From Octopus vulgaris (taxonomy: Eukaryota): a DNA stretch of 64,000 nucleotides. Within the stretch, counting starts at the first letter, position 1. Each line of letters opens with the position of its first letter. The DNA lies in contig OX597829.1 in NCBI GenBank assembly GCA_951406725.2, positions 22,320,001 through 22,384,000 of the forward strand, in the 5' to 3' direction. This document shows, piece by piece, positions 1 through 12,042 of this stretch. Below the pieces are notes generated by a model that worked only from the letters and a program-made list of their open reading frames with translations, had not been told where the DNA came from and ran no database searches. Both the position numbers and the translations under genes were made by a program.

Positions 1-1684
1 TTTCAGGAAAATGGATATCTTTTAATAGAATTTTACATCTGCAAGATATTTAATTATAACTTCTGAACTTGAAGAAAGTCTGTTGCACAGGTTCTTCATA
101 GAAGCAGCCAAGTTATACCTTCCTCTCTTGAATCGTTGCTGTTAAATAATTATCAACCAAGACGAAGCTGTGTACATGTATATTTGCGCAATTTTTTGTT
201 TTCATACTCATATTCTACATGTTTTTTTTTACACCTAATAGACTGGGTGTTTTTCGTTTTGATGACCGGATGCTAAACTAGATCCTGAAATTTATGAAAG
301 AAAAAACGGATCGTGCAAACATCCCGACAGTCCTCTCCCCATCCATTCGGAAAACATTTTCCCCATAAATTTCTTTATAATCATAATCTATGATGTTTGA
401 AAGGTGTTTCTGTAAAATTTCATCAAAAGATATCCATTTTCCTGAAAGTTATGAGGGAAAAAACTGGACCGCGTGAATTTTCCAAAATCTTCTCCCCACC
501 CCTTCAGAAAACATTTTCCCCAGAAATTTCGGTCAATGTACAGTTTAAAACCCGGTCACGAAAGCAACAGAAATTTTCGCAAACGAACGGGGTGGGGGGA
601 GAGGACTTTCGGAAAATTCACAAGATCCAATTTTTTCCCTCACAACTTTAAGGAAAATGGATATATACTAATGAAACTTTATAGAAATACCTTTCAAATG
701 GCACAGATTACAATTATAAAGAAATTTCAGGGGAAAATGTTTTCCGAAGGGGTGGGGAAAATTCGCACAATCCAATTTTTTCCCTCATAACTTTTAGGAA
801 AATGGGTATCTTTTAATGAATTTTTACAGAAACACCTTTCAAACATCATAGATTAAGATTATAAAGAAATTTGTGGGGGAAAATGTTTTCCGAAGGAGTA
901 GGAAGAGGACTGTCGGAAAGTTCACACGATCCATTTTTTCCCCCTCATAATTTCAAGATCTAGTTTCACTCCCGGTCACCAAAAGGAAAAAACCCAGTCT
1001 ACTGGGTGTAAAAAAACGTGTAGAAAACGAATATGAAAACATATATTTACGCAAATGAACGGGGGGTGGGGAGAGGACTTTCGGAAAATTCACCCAATCC
1101 AATTTTTTTCCCTCATAACTTTTAGGAAAATGGATTGCTTTTAACGAAATTTTACAGAAATACCTTTCAAACGGCATAGATTACGACTATAAAGAAAGTT
1201 GTGGGGAAAATGCTTTCCTGAAAGTTACGAGGGAAAAAAAATCGGATCGTGTGTTTTCCGAAAGTCTTCTCCCCACCCCACCCCCGTTCGGTTGGGGAAC
1301 ATTTTGTTTTCATATTCTTTTCTACATGTTTTTGTACACCTATTACACTTGTGTGTGTGTGTGTCGTTTTGGTGACCGGGAGCAAAACTAGATCCTGAAA
1401 GTTATGAAAGAAAAAAAACAGATCGTGTGAACTTTCGGACAGTCCTCTCCCCACCCCTTCAGAAAAACATTTTCCCCACAAATTTCTTTATAATCGTAAT
1501 CTATGATACTTGAAATGTGTTTCTATAAAATTTCATTAAAAGATATCCATTTTCCTGAAAGTCATGAGGGAAAAAGCCGGATCATGTGAATTTTTCGAAA
1601 TCCCCTTCAGAAAACATTTTCCCCTGAAATTTCTTTATATTCGTAATCTGTGCCATTTGAATAGTATTTCTATAAACTTTCATT

Positions 1685-1737
<53 letters not shown>

Positions 1738-1942
1738 ATTTTCGTTAAAGTTACGAGGGAAAAATCGGTTCTTCTGAACTTTCCGAAAGTCCTCTCCTCA
1801 TCCCGTTCTTTTGCGCAAATTTTTGTTTCTGTATTCATTTTCTGCCAATTTTTTTCACCTGGTAGGCTGGGTCTTTTTCTTGTTTTGTTTTACTTTTTGT
1901 TTTTCTCATGACCGGGTCTTAAATTGTATATTGACCTGAAAT
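1..1942. repeat. Complex repeat of ~145-bp subunits in alternating orientation, including a ~1.4 kb imperfect palindrome (foldback-like element)
   Basis: AGGAAAATGG-anchored units at 651, 796 and 1124. Reverse units at ~280-530 and 1213-1830. 525-560 is the reverse complement of ~1908-1942. Confidence 0.8.
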
Positions 1943-2642
1943 GCTGCCTAAATCGATTTTTTCTAAATTGTCATGGTTTATGCTGCAAGGGAGATCACTC
2001 TTTACACACAAAGAAGGCCGCGTTTTTTTTCTACTAGGGTGTTTTTAAGAGATCAGAAAATTTCAATATATTTGAACGTTTTAAACATTGAAGAAGTGGC
2101 ATAATTAAGAGAAACAAAAATAATAACTCGTCCTTTATCAATTAAAAAATCCTACAATTTACAGAAGTAAGTGAGCGGAGTGAAAATGTAAAACAACAAA
2201 TAGTCAAAAAATATTATAGGTTCGGGAGTAGCTGTGTAAGTTTGCCTGCTAAAAACATGGGGTCGGGGTCAGTCACATAGCGCGGCACTTTGAGTGGATT
2301 AGGAGGATGGAAACCGAAAGCCTATTATCTATATCTATCTGTCTGTGTTTTTGCGTTTGTCCACTATCACTGACAGTGTTGGTTTGTTTATGCCCCTTCG
2401 TATATATTAGTTTAAATCCATTGTATAAAACTCGTGGCCCTTGGACTATTAACATAACTTTACAGTTAATTTTTTAAAATTATTTTTTAAGGCAGCGAGC
2501 TGCCAGGAACGTTCGCATGCTGGCCGAAATACTTAGCGGCATTCCATCTGTCCTTATGTGCTGGGTTTTAGTTCCGCTGAAGCTGGGGCCAACTTTGTTT
2601 TTCCGTAACTAGCGGTTCAGCAAAACGACTATAACATGTCTG

Positions 2643-4679
2643 GTATCTTTACCTTTTGACCGACAGATTTTAAAATAATTTTTTGCAACTAAGCACTTTC
2701 AAACTTCGTATACTGGTAGAATGTGTCACATAAAACATCTTTTACTTTTGGCGTTGTTGAGAAAATTCTGTATTTTGGAAGTTATTTCTTGTTAAAGTTG
2801 TCAAATTTCGGTAATTTAAACCAATCAATGACATGTATTCAGCTGAATAAAATTACTGCCGTTGTTTAAGCGCAACTATGCCTCCCCTGGTCTCGATGGA
2901 GTTACATACCTGCTTCTCAAACGTGGCAGGTACTTCCTTTTACACCAGCTTTCTATTTTCTTCCAGTACTGTCTCAACAATGGTGCTACTCCGGAGCAGT
3001 GGAAAACTGCCAGTGTCATTCCTCTGTTCAAAAAGGGCGACCGCACATCACCTGTCAACTATCGCCCAGTCAGTCTCACTAGCTGTATTGCAAAACTGAT
3101 GGAATCGTGTGTCAGAGAAACACTCTGGAACTTCTGGAGCTCTCACAGTCTCATCCGACCCTCACAATATGGATTTGTCCCTAACTCCAGCTGCAGTGAC
3201 CAGCTTGTCGAGTTCCTTGAGGACATTACTCAGATCACTGACAGTGGCTCATGGGTGCATGTTGTTTACCTTGATTTTGCTAAGGCTTTCAACTCTGTGC
3301 CACACAAAAGGCTTATGGTGAAACTCTCTGCAATGGGTGTGAGGGATGACCTTTTTAACTGGTTGAAATCCTTCATTCTCAGCCGAAAGGAGGTAGTCAC
3401 AGTTCTAGGACAGCATTCTACACCATATGAGATGTCATCGGGTGTACCACAGGGATCTGTCCTTGGTCCCCTCTTGTTTGTGGCATACATTAATGACATA
3501 GATGCCAATTTAAAGAATGCCACAGTATTGAAATATACAGATTACATCAAGCTGTACCTTGAAATCAAGAGGACAGATCCTGATGTCTACAACTCTTTCC
3601 TGCAATCAGACCTAGACACAATACAGCAATGGATCACAGACTGGCAACTGAAACTGGCTGTGGACAAGTGTACCACCATGCATTTTGGGAGAAAAAACCC
3701 TGCGTCCACATACTCTCTCCACAACACTGATATCAAGAAATCCTCTTGCGAGCGTGACCTAGGCATCACTGTCAGCAGTGATTTGCGTTGGACAAAGCAT
3801 ATCTCTAAAATTGTCAAGAAAGCCGAGGGTGTCTTGGCATCACTCAGCAAGACTTTTGTTAGCCGCTCTCCAGCCATCTATTTAAAACTGTATACAGCTA
3901 TGGTACGACCACACTTGGAATTCACATCATCAGTTTGGAACCCCTATCTTGTTCAGAACATTGACCTCCTGGAATCTGTCCAGAGACGTGCAACCAAACA
4001 CATACCCTCCATCAGACACCTACCATATTCTGAGCACCTTGTTTCCCTGGGCATGGATTCACTGAAGCTCCGGCTTCAAAGTTATCAACCACCTTACCAA
4101 CAACAACACTGAACACCTTTTTGATCTCCATGTGTCTAACACACGTGGACATGCCTACAAAGTCAGAAAACAACACAGCTCCCACGACTTTCGGAAACAT
4201 TTTTTTCACGCTCAGAGTTGCTGAAGCATGGAATAAACTGCCTGCGTCAGTTGTTGACTGCCATGACACTGCATCCTTTAAGTCCCTCATGCTTTCCGAA
4301 ATCCGCCGAAACTACACCCGATTATATATACACTTTAGATGAGTTGTAGTGCACCTGAGCACTGTACACAATTATTATTATTATTATTATTTTAACAGCT
4401 ATCGGCTGTGTATTTTTCGTTTGACACTTTATTTATGACATCGTTCGTGCATTTGTACTGGTTTTAGCTTTAAGGTTTTAGGGTTAGGGTCATTGATTGG
4501 TTGAAATTACTGAAATACGACAACTTTAACAAGAAATAACTTCCAAAATACAGAATTTTCTCAATAACGCCAAGAGAAAAAGATGTTTTATGTGACACAT
4601 TCTACTAGTATACGAAATTTGAAAGTGTTTAGTTACAAAAAATTATTTTTTAAATCTGTCAATCAGAAGGTAAAGATCT
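2643..4679. mobile_element. Non-autonomous DNA transposon with ~190-bp TIRs and 8-bp TSD, interrupted by a CR1 LINE
   Basis: 2645-2832 is the reverse complement of 4489-4677. The direct repeat CATGTCTG lies at 2635-2642 and 4680-4687. A short TTAGGG-like run sits inside the right TIR. Confidence 0.85.
2870..4390 (+). mobile_element. 5'-truncated, degenerate CR1/L2-clade LINE (reverse transcriptase, 3' UTR, (ATT)n tail)
   Basis: ORF 2862-4112 has NYRPVSLTS, QYGF, YLDFAKAF, GVPQGSVLGPLLF; the catalytic YADD is decayed to YTDY. The C-terminus TRGH...[14 protein letters not shown] is in a shifted frame. Candidate TTTAA TSD at 2865-2869 and 4391-4395. Confidence 0.92.
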
Positions 4680-4828
4680 CATGTCTGTACTTACAGTTGT
4701 TTAAAACATGCATTTTTGGATCGCAAGTAGGCTCAGACAACACCATAAGTTTTCAGTCCGTGATTGGCTGAATTAACTAGCTCCCTTGAACAAGCACTCT
4801 CTGTTACGTTCGATTGTCACTTATATAA

Positions 4829-5482
4829 TGTAGCTGCAGCCACGGTCAATCGAGTTCCTTGAGTCGCTTCTCTAAGGGACTCCTGGCATGCAGTTTTGCT
4901 CTATCGCGTTAACGCTGGCCTCTCTCACACAAGAACATTCTTCTTCCACGTGTGCTAGCAGTATAGACCAAACTCAATGTCGTTATCTCATGCTAACTAG
5001 AAACACTTTTATCAAGTCTCTTTCTATTAACACAAAGCACAACTAATGTCTTCACACTTTCATTCGTTTACTGCTAACACACTAGAAACATCGCTATTAA
5101 ATGCTACACATCTCTATACAGAACTCTTGTATAAGATAAATTCATGTGTAACCCACACTGCTGTGAATAAAACTTTATAATCTTAAAGCGAGTTGTTAAG
5201 TTAATGACCAACGGACGACGTTAAGGTGGTGGTATCAACAAACCACCACGCTGGTGACCTCAGAACCTTTAAATTAATATAGCAAACATTCCTTGCTCGA
5301 GTTCCTTGAGTCGCTTCTCTAAGGGACTCCTGGCATGCAGTTTTGCTCTATCGCGTTAACGCTGGCCTCTCTCACACAAGAACATTCTTCTTCCACGTGT
5401 GCTAGCAGTATAGACCAAACTCAATGTCGTTATCTCATGCTATCTAGAAACACTTTTATCAAGTCTCTTTCTATTAACACAA
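4829..5482 (+). mobile_element. LTR-like remnant with a 186-bp direct duplication and a PBS-like motif
   Basis: 4850-5035 equals 5297-5482 apart from one mismatch. TG start at 4829, AATAAA near 5166, ...ACCACCACGC then TGGTGACCTC at ~5252 (resembles a tRNA primer-binding site). Confidence 0.5.
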
Positions 5483-5489
5483 TAAGTAC

Positions 5490-5795
5490 CAAGCACACTG
5501 GTCGGGAAACATGTTCTCATTCCCAGAATGAAGTTGGTACCAAGCAACCCAAACTTGCCATTCACTTTAGAAAGAAACCAGTTTCCCGTTCACCTGTCAT
5601 ATGCAATGACTATCACTAAATCACAAGGGCAGACATTTGATAAAGTGGGGCTGCTCTTGCCTGGTCAGCTACATGTTGCATTCTCAAGGGTTCGCAAATT
5701 ATCTGATGTTTAAAGTTATCAACACTGACAAACAAGGGAAAAGAAGAGGGAGTGCTTACATGAAGAACATAGTCGGCAAAGAAGTATTGGATTGA
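5490..5795 (+). mobile_element. Helitron PIF1-type helicase C-terminal fragment
   Basis: VLIPRMKL...RNQFPVHLSYAMTITKSQGQTFDKVG...GQLHVAFSRV. Confidence 0.88.
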
Positions 5796-7073
5796 AAGGT
5801 GTATGCTAACTGCAATGTGTATTGGCTCTGACCCATCATCTTGGCTAATAAGTTACCAACGATGTGGTTTTCAGAGTATACCATGCTGCATTAAATTTTT
5901 AACCCCGTGAAATTGTGACCTCCTATATTTTACATATAAAATAATTTTTTTACTATAAAATTTTTGTTTTCTAGGTATAAAATTGTGACCATGTAAATTT
6001 GAAAATGTAATTTTTTTCTGTTTATGGAAGAAAAAAATGGAAAAATAGAAGTGAATATTTATTTTATGAGTGCTGTGCATTAAGTCTATAAAATTTTGCA
6101 TGAAGTATACAAAGTGCATTAAGTAATCATTTCCTTCACTTTTCAATCAATGAAAAGCAGATGAGCGCCTATCTTTTAATACAGACACAACAAAAGGTAC
6201 ACTGCGAGGCTTTCTGGATAAAGTTTTCAGAAAGTCTTGTCTGAATCCATCCAACGGTTCTTGAGATATCTTGTCCGCAGACAAACAAACAAACAAACAA
6301 AGGCGGAGGTAATAAATCTTCTTATACTCTATGTATTTTCAACGCAGATGTTAAATGATGAATATGATGATGATGTACCACTACGTATATCAATTGTAAT
6401 GATTATATAAATATTAGGTGAGTAGTCCGTCATTACCAGGCAATTTTCACAACAGAATTCCTTTATTTCAATTTTACTTTTTCTTTTTCTTTCTTTCTCT
6501 CTTTTTCTTCATATCAGACCATGTGTTCCCCGACTGATAAGTCTCTTGATCCAGACACAATTTTTTTTCCCCCTTGGTTTATAGATGTAAAGACTTTTCA
6601 GTGTTATTTTGGCATGTAATCTACAAGGGAGATTACTTTAAGCTACTTTTAAAAATATTTGGTGCATATTTAGCATTGTGAATATATCTTTTCAAAATTC
6701 TTACTATTTTAATAATAAGAAAACCATAAAATAATTTTAAAAAAGCATGTAGATCACCTACCAAAGTAAATTTTCTCACGTGGATCACAAGGAAAGTAGC
6801 ATCAACACAAAGTAAACTAAAACGTAACCTAAAGTAATTTCCCTTTAAATTGTAGATCACATGCCAAAATGGCACCTTTCTGGGGTTTTTTTAAGAAATG
6901 ATGTGAATTTAGTGCTGGTTTCTTGTAAAAATGCAACTGCCTTCGTCTCACTGCTGATCACATTGTAAAAAGTCTTTGGCCAACATTTTACGAGTTTTTG
7001 AAATTGAAGAGTAAACTAAAAAGTAAGCTAAAGTAATCTCCTTTGTAGATCACACACCAAAGTAGCACCACAT

Positions 7074-7240
7074 TTATTTTTTTTTACTACCTACTCTTGA
7101 CCATTCAACACAAAGCTGACCACGGGTGAAGCAGAGTTCTTCAAAGTGTAAATAGGTAACCAAAAATGTTTGTCCTTGCGATTTGTTGAGGCCATGGCAA
7201 AACAGAGACTTGCTGGAAATTGAAGTCATTTGAATTGAAA
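7074..7240 (-). mobile_element. Second Helitron helicase C-terminal fragment (frameshifted)
   Basis: QFPASLCFAM / NKSQGQTF...CFTRGQLCVEWSRVGS. Confidence 0.75.
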
Positions 7241-7929
7241 TGGTACATCGTCTCTTGAGTCTGTGTGACAGAGGCTCTTGTGTGCTTATCATCTAATCAA
7301 TACATTCTATACTTGGGTGTTTCCTGAGACCATGCGATGGAGGCTCGTGTTCATATATCAAAAATTCTATTACTTCTCTGTTCAAGTAGTTCCTGAGCTG
7401 ACTGTTTTTGATTCTGTTGCTCAAATGAAATTCTTTACACGCATATCGATGCATAGATACTGACTCATGCACCTGCATGTGCACACACACACATATATAA
7501 ACATACATGCACTCAATGTAAGAGATATACATATACAGAGAAAAGTAGGTGAAGGTGAAATGACACACAGAATTGGACCGGGGGAGTGGGTGGGGTGGGG
7601 GGATAAATGGGGATGTTTCATAAAAGTAGGAGGGTCAGGGTTAAAGATGGGGAAGAATTGATTGTAGCAAATGATCATGAGAGTGGCCCAGGAGGATCTA
7701 TGTAGATATGTGGGGACATTGAGAATAATTGTATGTGGGTAGACACATGAGGGAGAGTTGAGGGGCATGCAGGAGGTTGTGATCTCATCATAGGTGGGAG
7801 GAAGGTGGGTTTGGAAGATGGGTTGTGGAGGAGTTTTGATGGGGGACAGATTCTGTTTGTGTACAGAGAGGGGTATGGACATAAAGAACATGCGTGTATG
7901 GTCTTGCAGCAAAATGTCTGATGTTTCAG

Positions 7930-8775
7930 CCCTTTGTCATCTCCTCTGTGAGTCTCAATATCTGAAGATTATTTCTTACCACTTCATCCTATGTTTCTTG
8001 GGTCTACTCTTTCCCAGGTTCGCTCCACAATTAGAGATTGACACTTCTTTATACAGTTGTCTTCATCCATCATGCATCACATGACCATACCAGCATATTT
8101 TACTCCCTTGCACACTACATCCTGTCTGCCTTTACATTCTGAGTTCAAATTCTGCCGAGGTCAACTTTGCCTTTCATCTTTTCGAGGTCGATAAATTAAG
8201 TACCAGTTATGCACTGTGGTCGATGTAATCGACTTAATCCCTTTGTCTGTCCTTGTTTGTCCCCTCTCTGTTTTTTAGCTCCTTGTGGGTAGTAAAGAAA
8301 TAAGAGGGGACTGAGAATTTATCCTTGGTGAAATTCTACTTGCACACTAAATTCATTGCTATGCCTATGGCTGACTTTCTCTTCCCTGACAGCATTGCTG
8401 TACATGGCTTGAACACCAACCATTGATCTGTTTCTAGCTTCCACATTGACCACCAGGTAAGAGAGCAAGGGACCCCATGAAGGATTTCTTTGTGTTGACA
8501 AGTACCAAGTTCAGTGGTTTAGGTTTTGCTAAATGCTTTTCCTACAGATGCCTTACTAGGAAGATAACATTAATAGTGCTTCTCCATGACACAAAACCAA
8601 ACTGCATCTCACCAGGCTTACTCTCTTCCTTATTAAATGAGCTATGACCCTTTCTGTAACCTTCATGACCTGGTCCAGAAATTTGGTACCTATATAATTA
8701 CTTCTGTCCAAGGCGTTTCCATGACTCTTTCTTTGAAGACTAAGTGCAAGTGTACACTTCTCTCCTACATCATCT
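7930..8775 (-). mobile_element. Fragmented RTE-clade LINE (RT N-part and C-terminus), interrupted by a SINE at ~8130-8302
   Basis: NYIGTKFLDQVMKVTERVIAHLIRKRVSL / QFGFV...EKHLAK at 8500-8770. Degenerate WYGHVM...GRPRKTW-like C-terminus at 7935-8095. Confidence 0.75.
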
Positions 8776-10266
8776 TGCAATTCAGGACACCACATCCCAC
8801 GAGTCCTAATGCCACAGAACATTGGCAAACTTCTTCCTTCCTGCTTCACCCCCAGCTAAATATACCAGTTACTTAGCTTCTCTTCTATCTTCTCTGCTAC
8901 AACCATTCTTCCAGTACTGTTTCTTCATTCTTACAGCTCTGTCCACTAGCATTAACATTTAATATTGTGCTTCCGTTGTTCATTCCCGAACACCCTGTAT
9001 GGTGTATGGTTGTTTCCCATTCAACAGCTTCTGTCCAACAGGACAGAATCTAACTCTACTCGTGGTCTGTTTTACACACATTTACTTACTCTTTTATAAC
9101 TTCTCGTCATCAACATTTTTCTACTGCTACTAATAGCTGTTGGGAACCCTTTCAGCCCTTAGATTTGAACCGGAATCTCAAAAACATTGTCCCCTTACAT
9201 TTCATTCTCATTTGCTTCCCAGGGTAGAGAAATGAAACATATTTCTCAAGATGGGACAATGGAAGATGGTAAGAGACACATTAACCAGATGCTAGCTTGT
9301 CAAGTGAAGTATATTGTCATCCACTTGACCTCTAACCTTACTAGCATACAGAGAGTTCAAACAACCCCACACGACTATAGCACCACTGATATCTTCATCC
9401 TTCTAGCTGTCTGATTTCTTATAAAAATGACAGAGCAGCCACGCATTGACAAACAACACCCAAAATTAATGTCGAGGAAAACAACAAAATTCGGTACGCA
9501 ATTCATAACCACTTTCTCCTTTGCTCTTACCATTTCTCTCACCTTGCCGTTAACATTTCTCTATCAATTTCTGTCCTGCTACTACAAATTACATGATAAA
9601 AACATAGAAGGCCAACCAAATTTCCAGACACCCAACACAACACCCTGTTTATACAAATCTGCTGTTACATTTCCCTCTCTTGATTTTGATTATCAATATA
9701 TTTCACTTATCCGTCGTGGTAAGCATTTGATAAATTGTAATGGTCAATAAAAACATTTGCTGTTCTAAACTTTTGATCAACTTGTCCTTATTTTCTGGAG
9801 TCATTCATATTGATTCATTTCAACAACCATTATAATTGATGACAACGCTGTTACATAGCAATACTGATCAAGTAAAATTTATTCATTCTGCTGAATTCAG
9901 TATGTAACCTTTTTCATTCATAAATGGGATAAATTTTAATAAATGCACCCGCACACGTTTCACTAAAGGGGAAAAAAAATCAAGTACCCTGAACTCCTAA
10001 TATACCACAAACCTCCTATTTTACTTCAGAAACAAAGTGGGGGTTGTGGTGGAGGGCCTTGAATTTTCTCCCGAAAGTCTGAGGACTCTCACCACATAAA
10101 TGGCTCCTTTCTACAGAAAATGAAAGATTTGGCTGCTGTTTTTAGCACGCGCTTCTACCATGTAACAGCTATTTGCGATAGCGGCATGTCCTTTATCGCA
10201 AATACCTGTTCAGCGGTAGCAGGACATGCTACAAATACCATGCATTTCACTAAGGAATAAAACTAT

Positions 10267-11310
10267 TTGCAGTATTACTACAGACATGCGAAATGTGTGA
10301 GCCTGCCACTCTATGGCTCAAAACACAGAGACAACCTGGCTGAAGACTTTAAGCAGCAATCTCAACTGCTTTATCTTGACATGGAGGATATTGGCAATGA
10401 AGTCTACAACAGAGCTCTGATTGACATTGAAGACAGAATTGCTACACTGGGTAGAAATGAATTGCCCACACATGGCCTGCCACAAACATTCAGGTCAGGT
10501 TCAAATAGCCTTCCCACTGCTGCCCTTCATGAAACATCCTATGACACTGAAGCACTTTCCAAGTAAGTTGCTGGAAACAAGCCAAAATTACATCCGGACC
10601 AGCAGCATGCCTACAGAACTATTCTTAACAGCGTACGCCAAGGTGAGGAAGGAATCTTCTTCCTGGGTGCTCCTGGAGGGACAGGAAAAACATTTGTTAC
10701 ATAGCTTTACCTTGTAGAAGTGAGGCAGCACCAGGACATCGCAGTAGCTGTGGCTTCATCTGGGATTGCAGCTACTTTGTTACCCAATGGTAGGACAGCA
10801 CACTTGATTTTTAAAATCCCTCTGAATTTAGCAGCATCTGCAATACCTTCATGTAACATCAGCAAAAGCTCAGATCAGGGGCAGGTCCTAAAAAGTGTCA
10901 TCTAATCGTCTGGGATGAGTGCACCATGGCTCACAAGGGAGCTTTGGAAGCATTAGATAGAGCCCTGAAAGACATCCAAGACTGTCAGGCTCCAATGGGG
11001 TGTAACGCTTCTGTTGTCAGGTGATTTCAGGCAAACTCTTCCTGTCATTCCAAAAGGCTCTAGAGCTGATGAAGTTCAAGCATGCCTAAAGTCCTCTTCC
11101 CTGTGGCATCGTGTTATGATCCTGAGTCTTACCACTAACATGAGAGCTCAACTACACGGTGATCAAATGTCTGCAAAGTTTGCACAGGACATTTTGACAT
11201 TTGGCGATGGTAAGGTGCCTCTCGATGCTGCAGGAGAAATGGAAGTGTAGCCATTTTCTTCTATTGTTAACTCTGTGGATGATCTCAAGTACAAAGTGTT
11301 TCCCAACAAT
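10267..11310 (+). mobile_element. Degenerate Helitron Rep/Hel fragment (PIF1 helicase motifs I-IV)
   Basis: FFLGAPGGTGKTF (Walker A), AVASSGIAATLLPNGRTAH, IVWDECTM (Walker B), SGDFRQTLPVI, LTTNMRA, with several stops and frameshifts. Confidence 0.93.
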
Positions 11311-11821
11311 TCATCTCATACATCAAATAAATCCTTTGTGTGCATAAATTATTTGGATTATCTATTTAGTGGTGATCTTCACTTTTGGAAGAAATAACAT
11401 ACATAACTAAGAATAAATTCCCTCCACTAATAAGTCAATGTTAACTTTGTACGTTATATTAGCAATTAATGAAGATAAGTGTCCTGTGGTTAAGGTGTCC
11501 AGCTCTCAGGTAGGTTGTGGGTTCAATTCTTGAAGTGGGCAGTTTGTTGTCTGCTTTAGCAAAGCACTTCCCAGTGCAGATGTAATTTTAACCCTGCAAT
11601 GAATTAGCATTTCGTAGACTTCTACTCTCCACTTTAACTAATTAGCTTACCTGTGTAACACGTAATTTGTCTTCGTATGGAGAAGATTAATTACTATGAA
11701 AATTATGTTTTTTTATATAATTTTCAGGCATGGTCATGTGATTAAGAAGCTTGTTTGTGAAACATGTAGTCTTGGGTTCAGTCTCACTGTGTGGCAGCTT
11801 GGGAAAGTGTCTTCACCTTAA

Positions 11822-12042
11822 CCCTTTAGTGTTCACATTATTCTACCAAAATTAATCCCTTTTTATCCTCATTGCCTTGAACTAATCATGCATTATCTTG
11901 TAGCTTTGAGATTTTGATGAGGTAGCTGTTAATTTTTAAAACGATATTGTAGGGCTGGTGTGAGAGACCAGATCTGGCCAGTTTGAACATAAAACAGGCA
12001 GAATACTTTTGGCCAGATATGGCCGGTTTAAATGCTAAAGGG
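11822..12042. mobile_element. piggyBac-type MITE with TTAA TSD; decayed relatives at ~32465-32960, 37257-37475 and 44520-44600
   Basis: TTAA-CCCTTTAG...CTAAAGGG-TTAA. Confidence 0.8.

Noticed and set aside
2862-4112. 416-aa RT ORF as a functional or domesticated gene
   Set aside because: 5'-truncated, no ATG start, catalytic YADD changed to YTDY, C-terminal deletion and frameshift
4470-4490. Telomeric TTAGGG repeat
   Set aside because: Only about two units, internal to a DNA transposon; not an interstitial telomere array
7421-7912. 163-aa Pro-rich minus-strand ORF with faint resemblance to an RT N-terminus; G-rich tracts here and at 17221 and 27258
   Set aside because: No diagnostic motifs. 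Low-complexity purine-rich sequence explains it, and G4 potential alone is not evidence of function.
10267-11310. Host PIF1 helicase gene
   Set aside because: Intronless with multiple stops and frameshifts and Helitron-type flanking motifs
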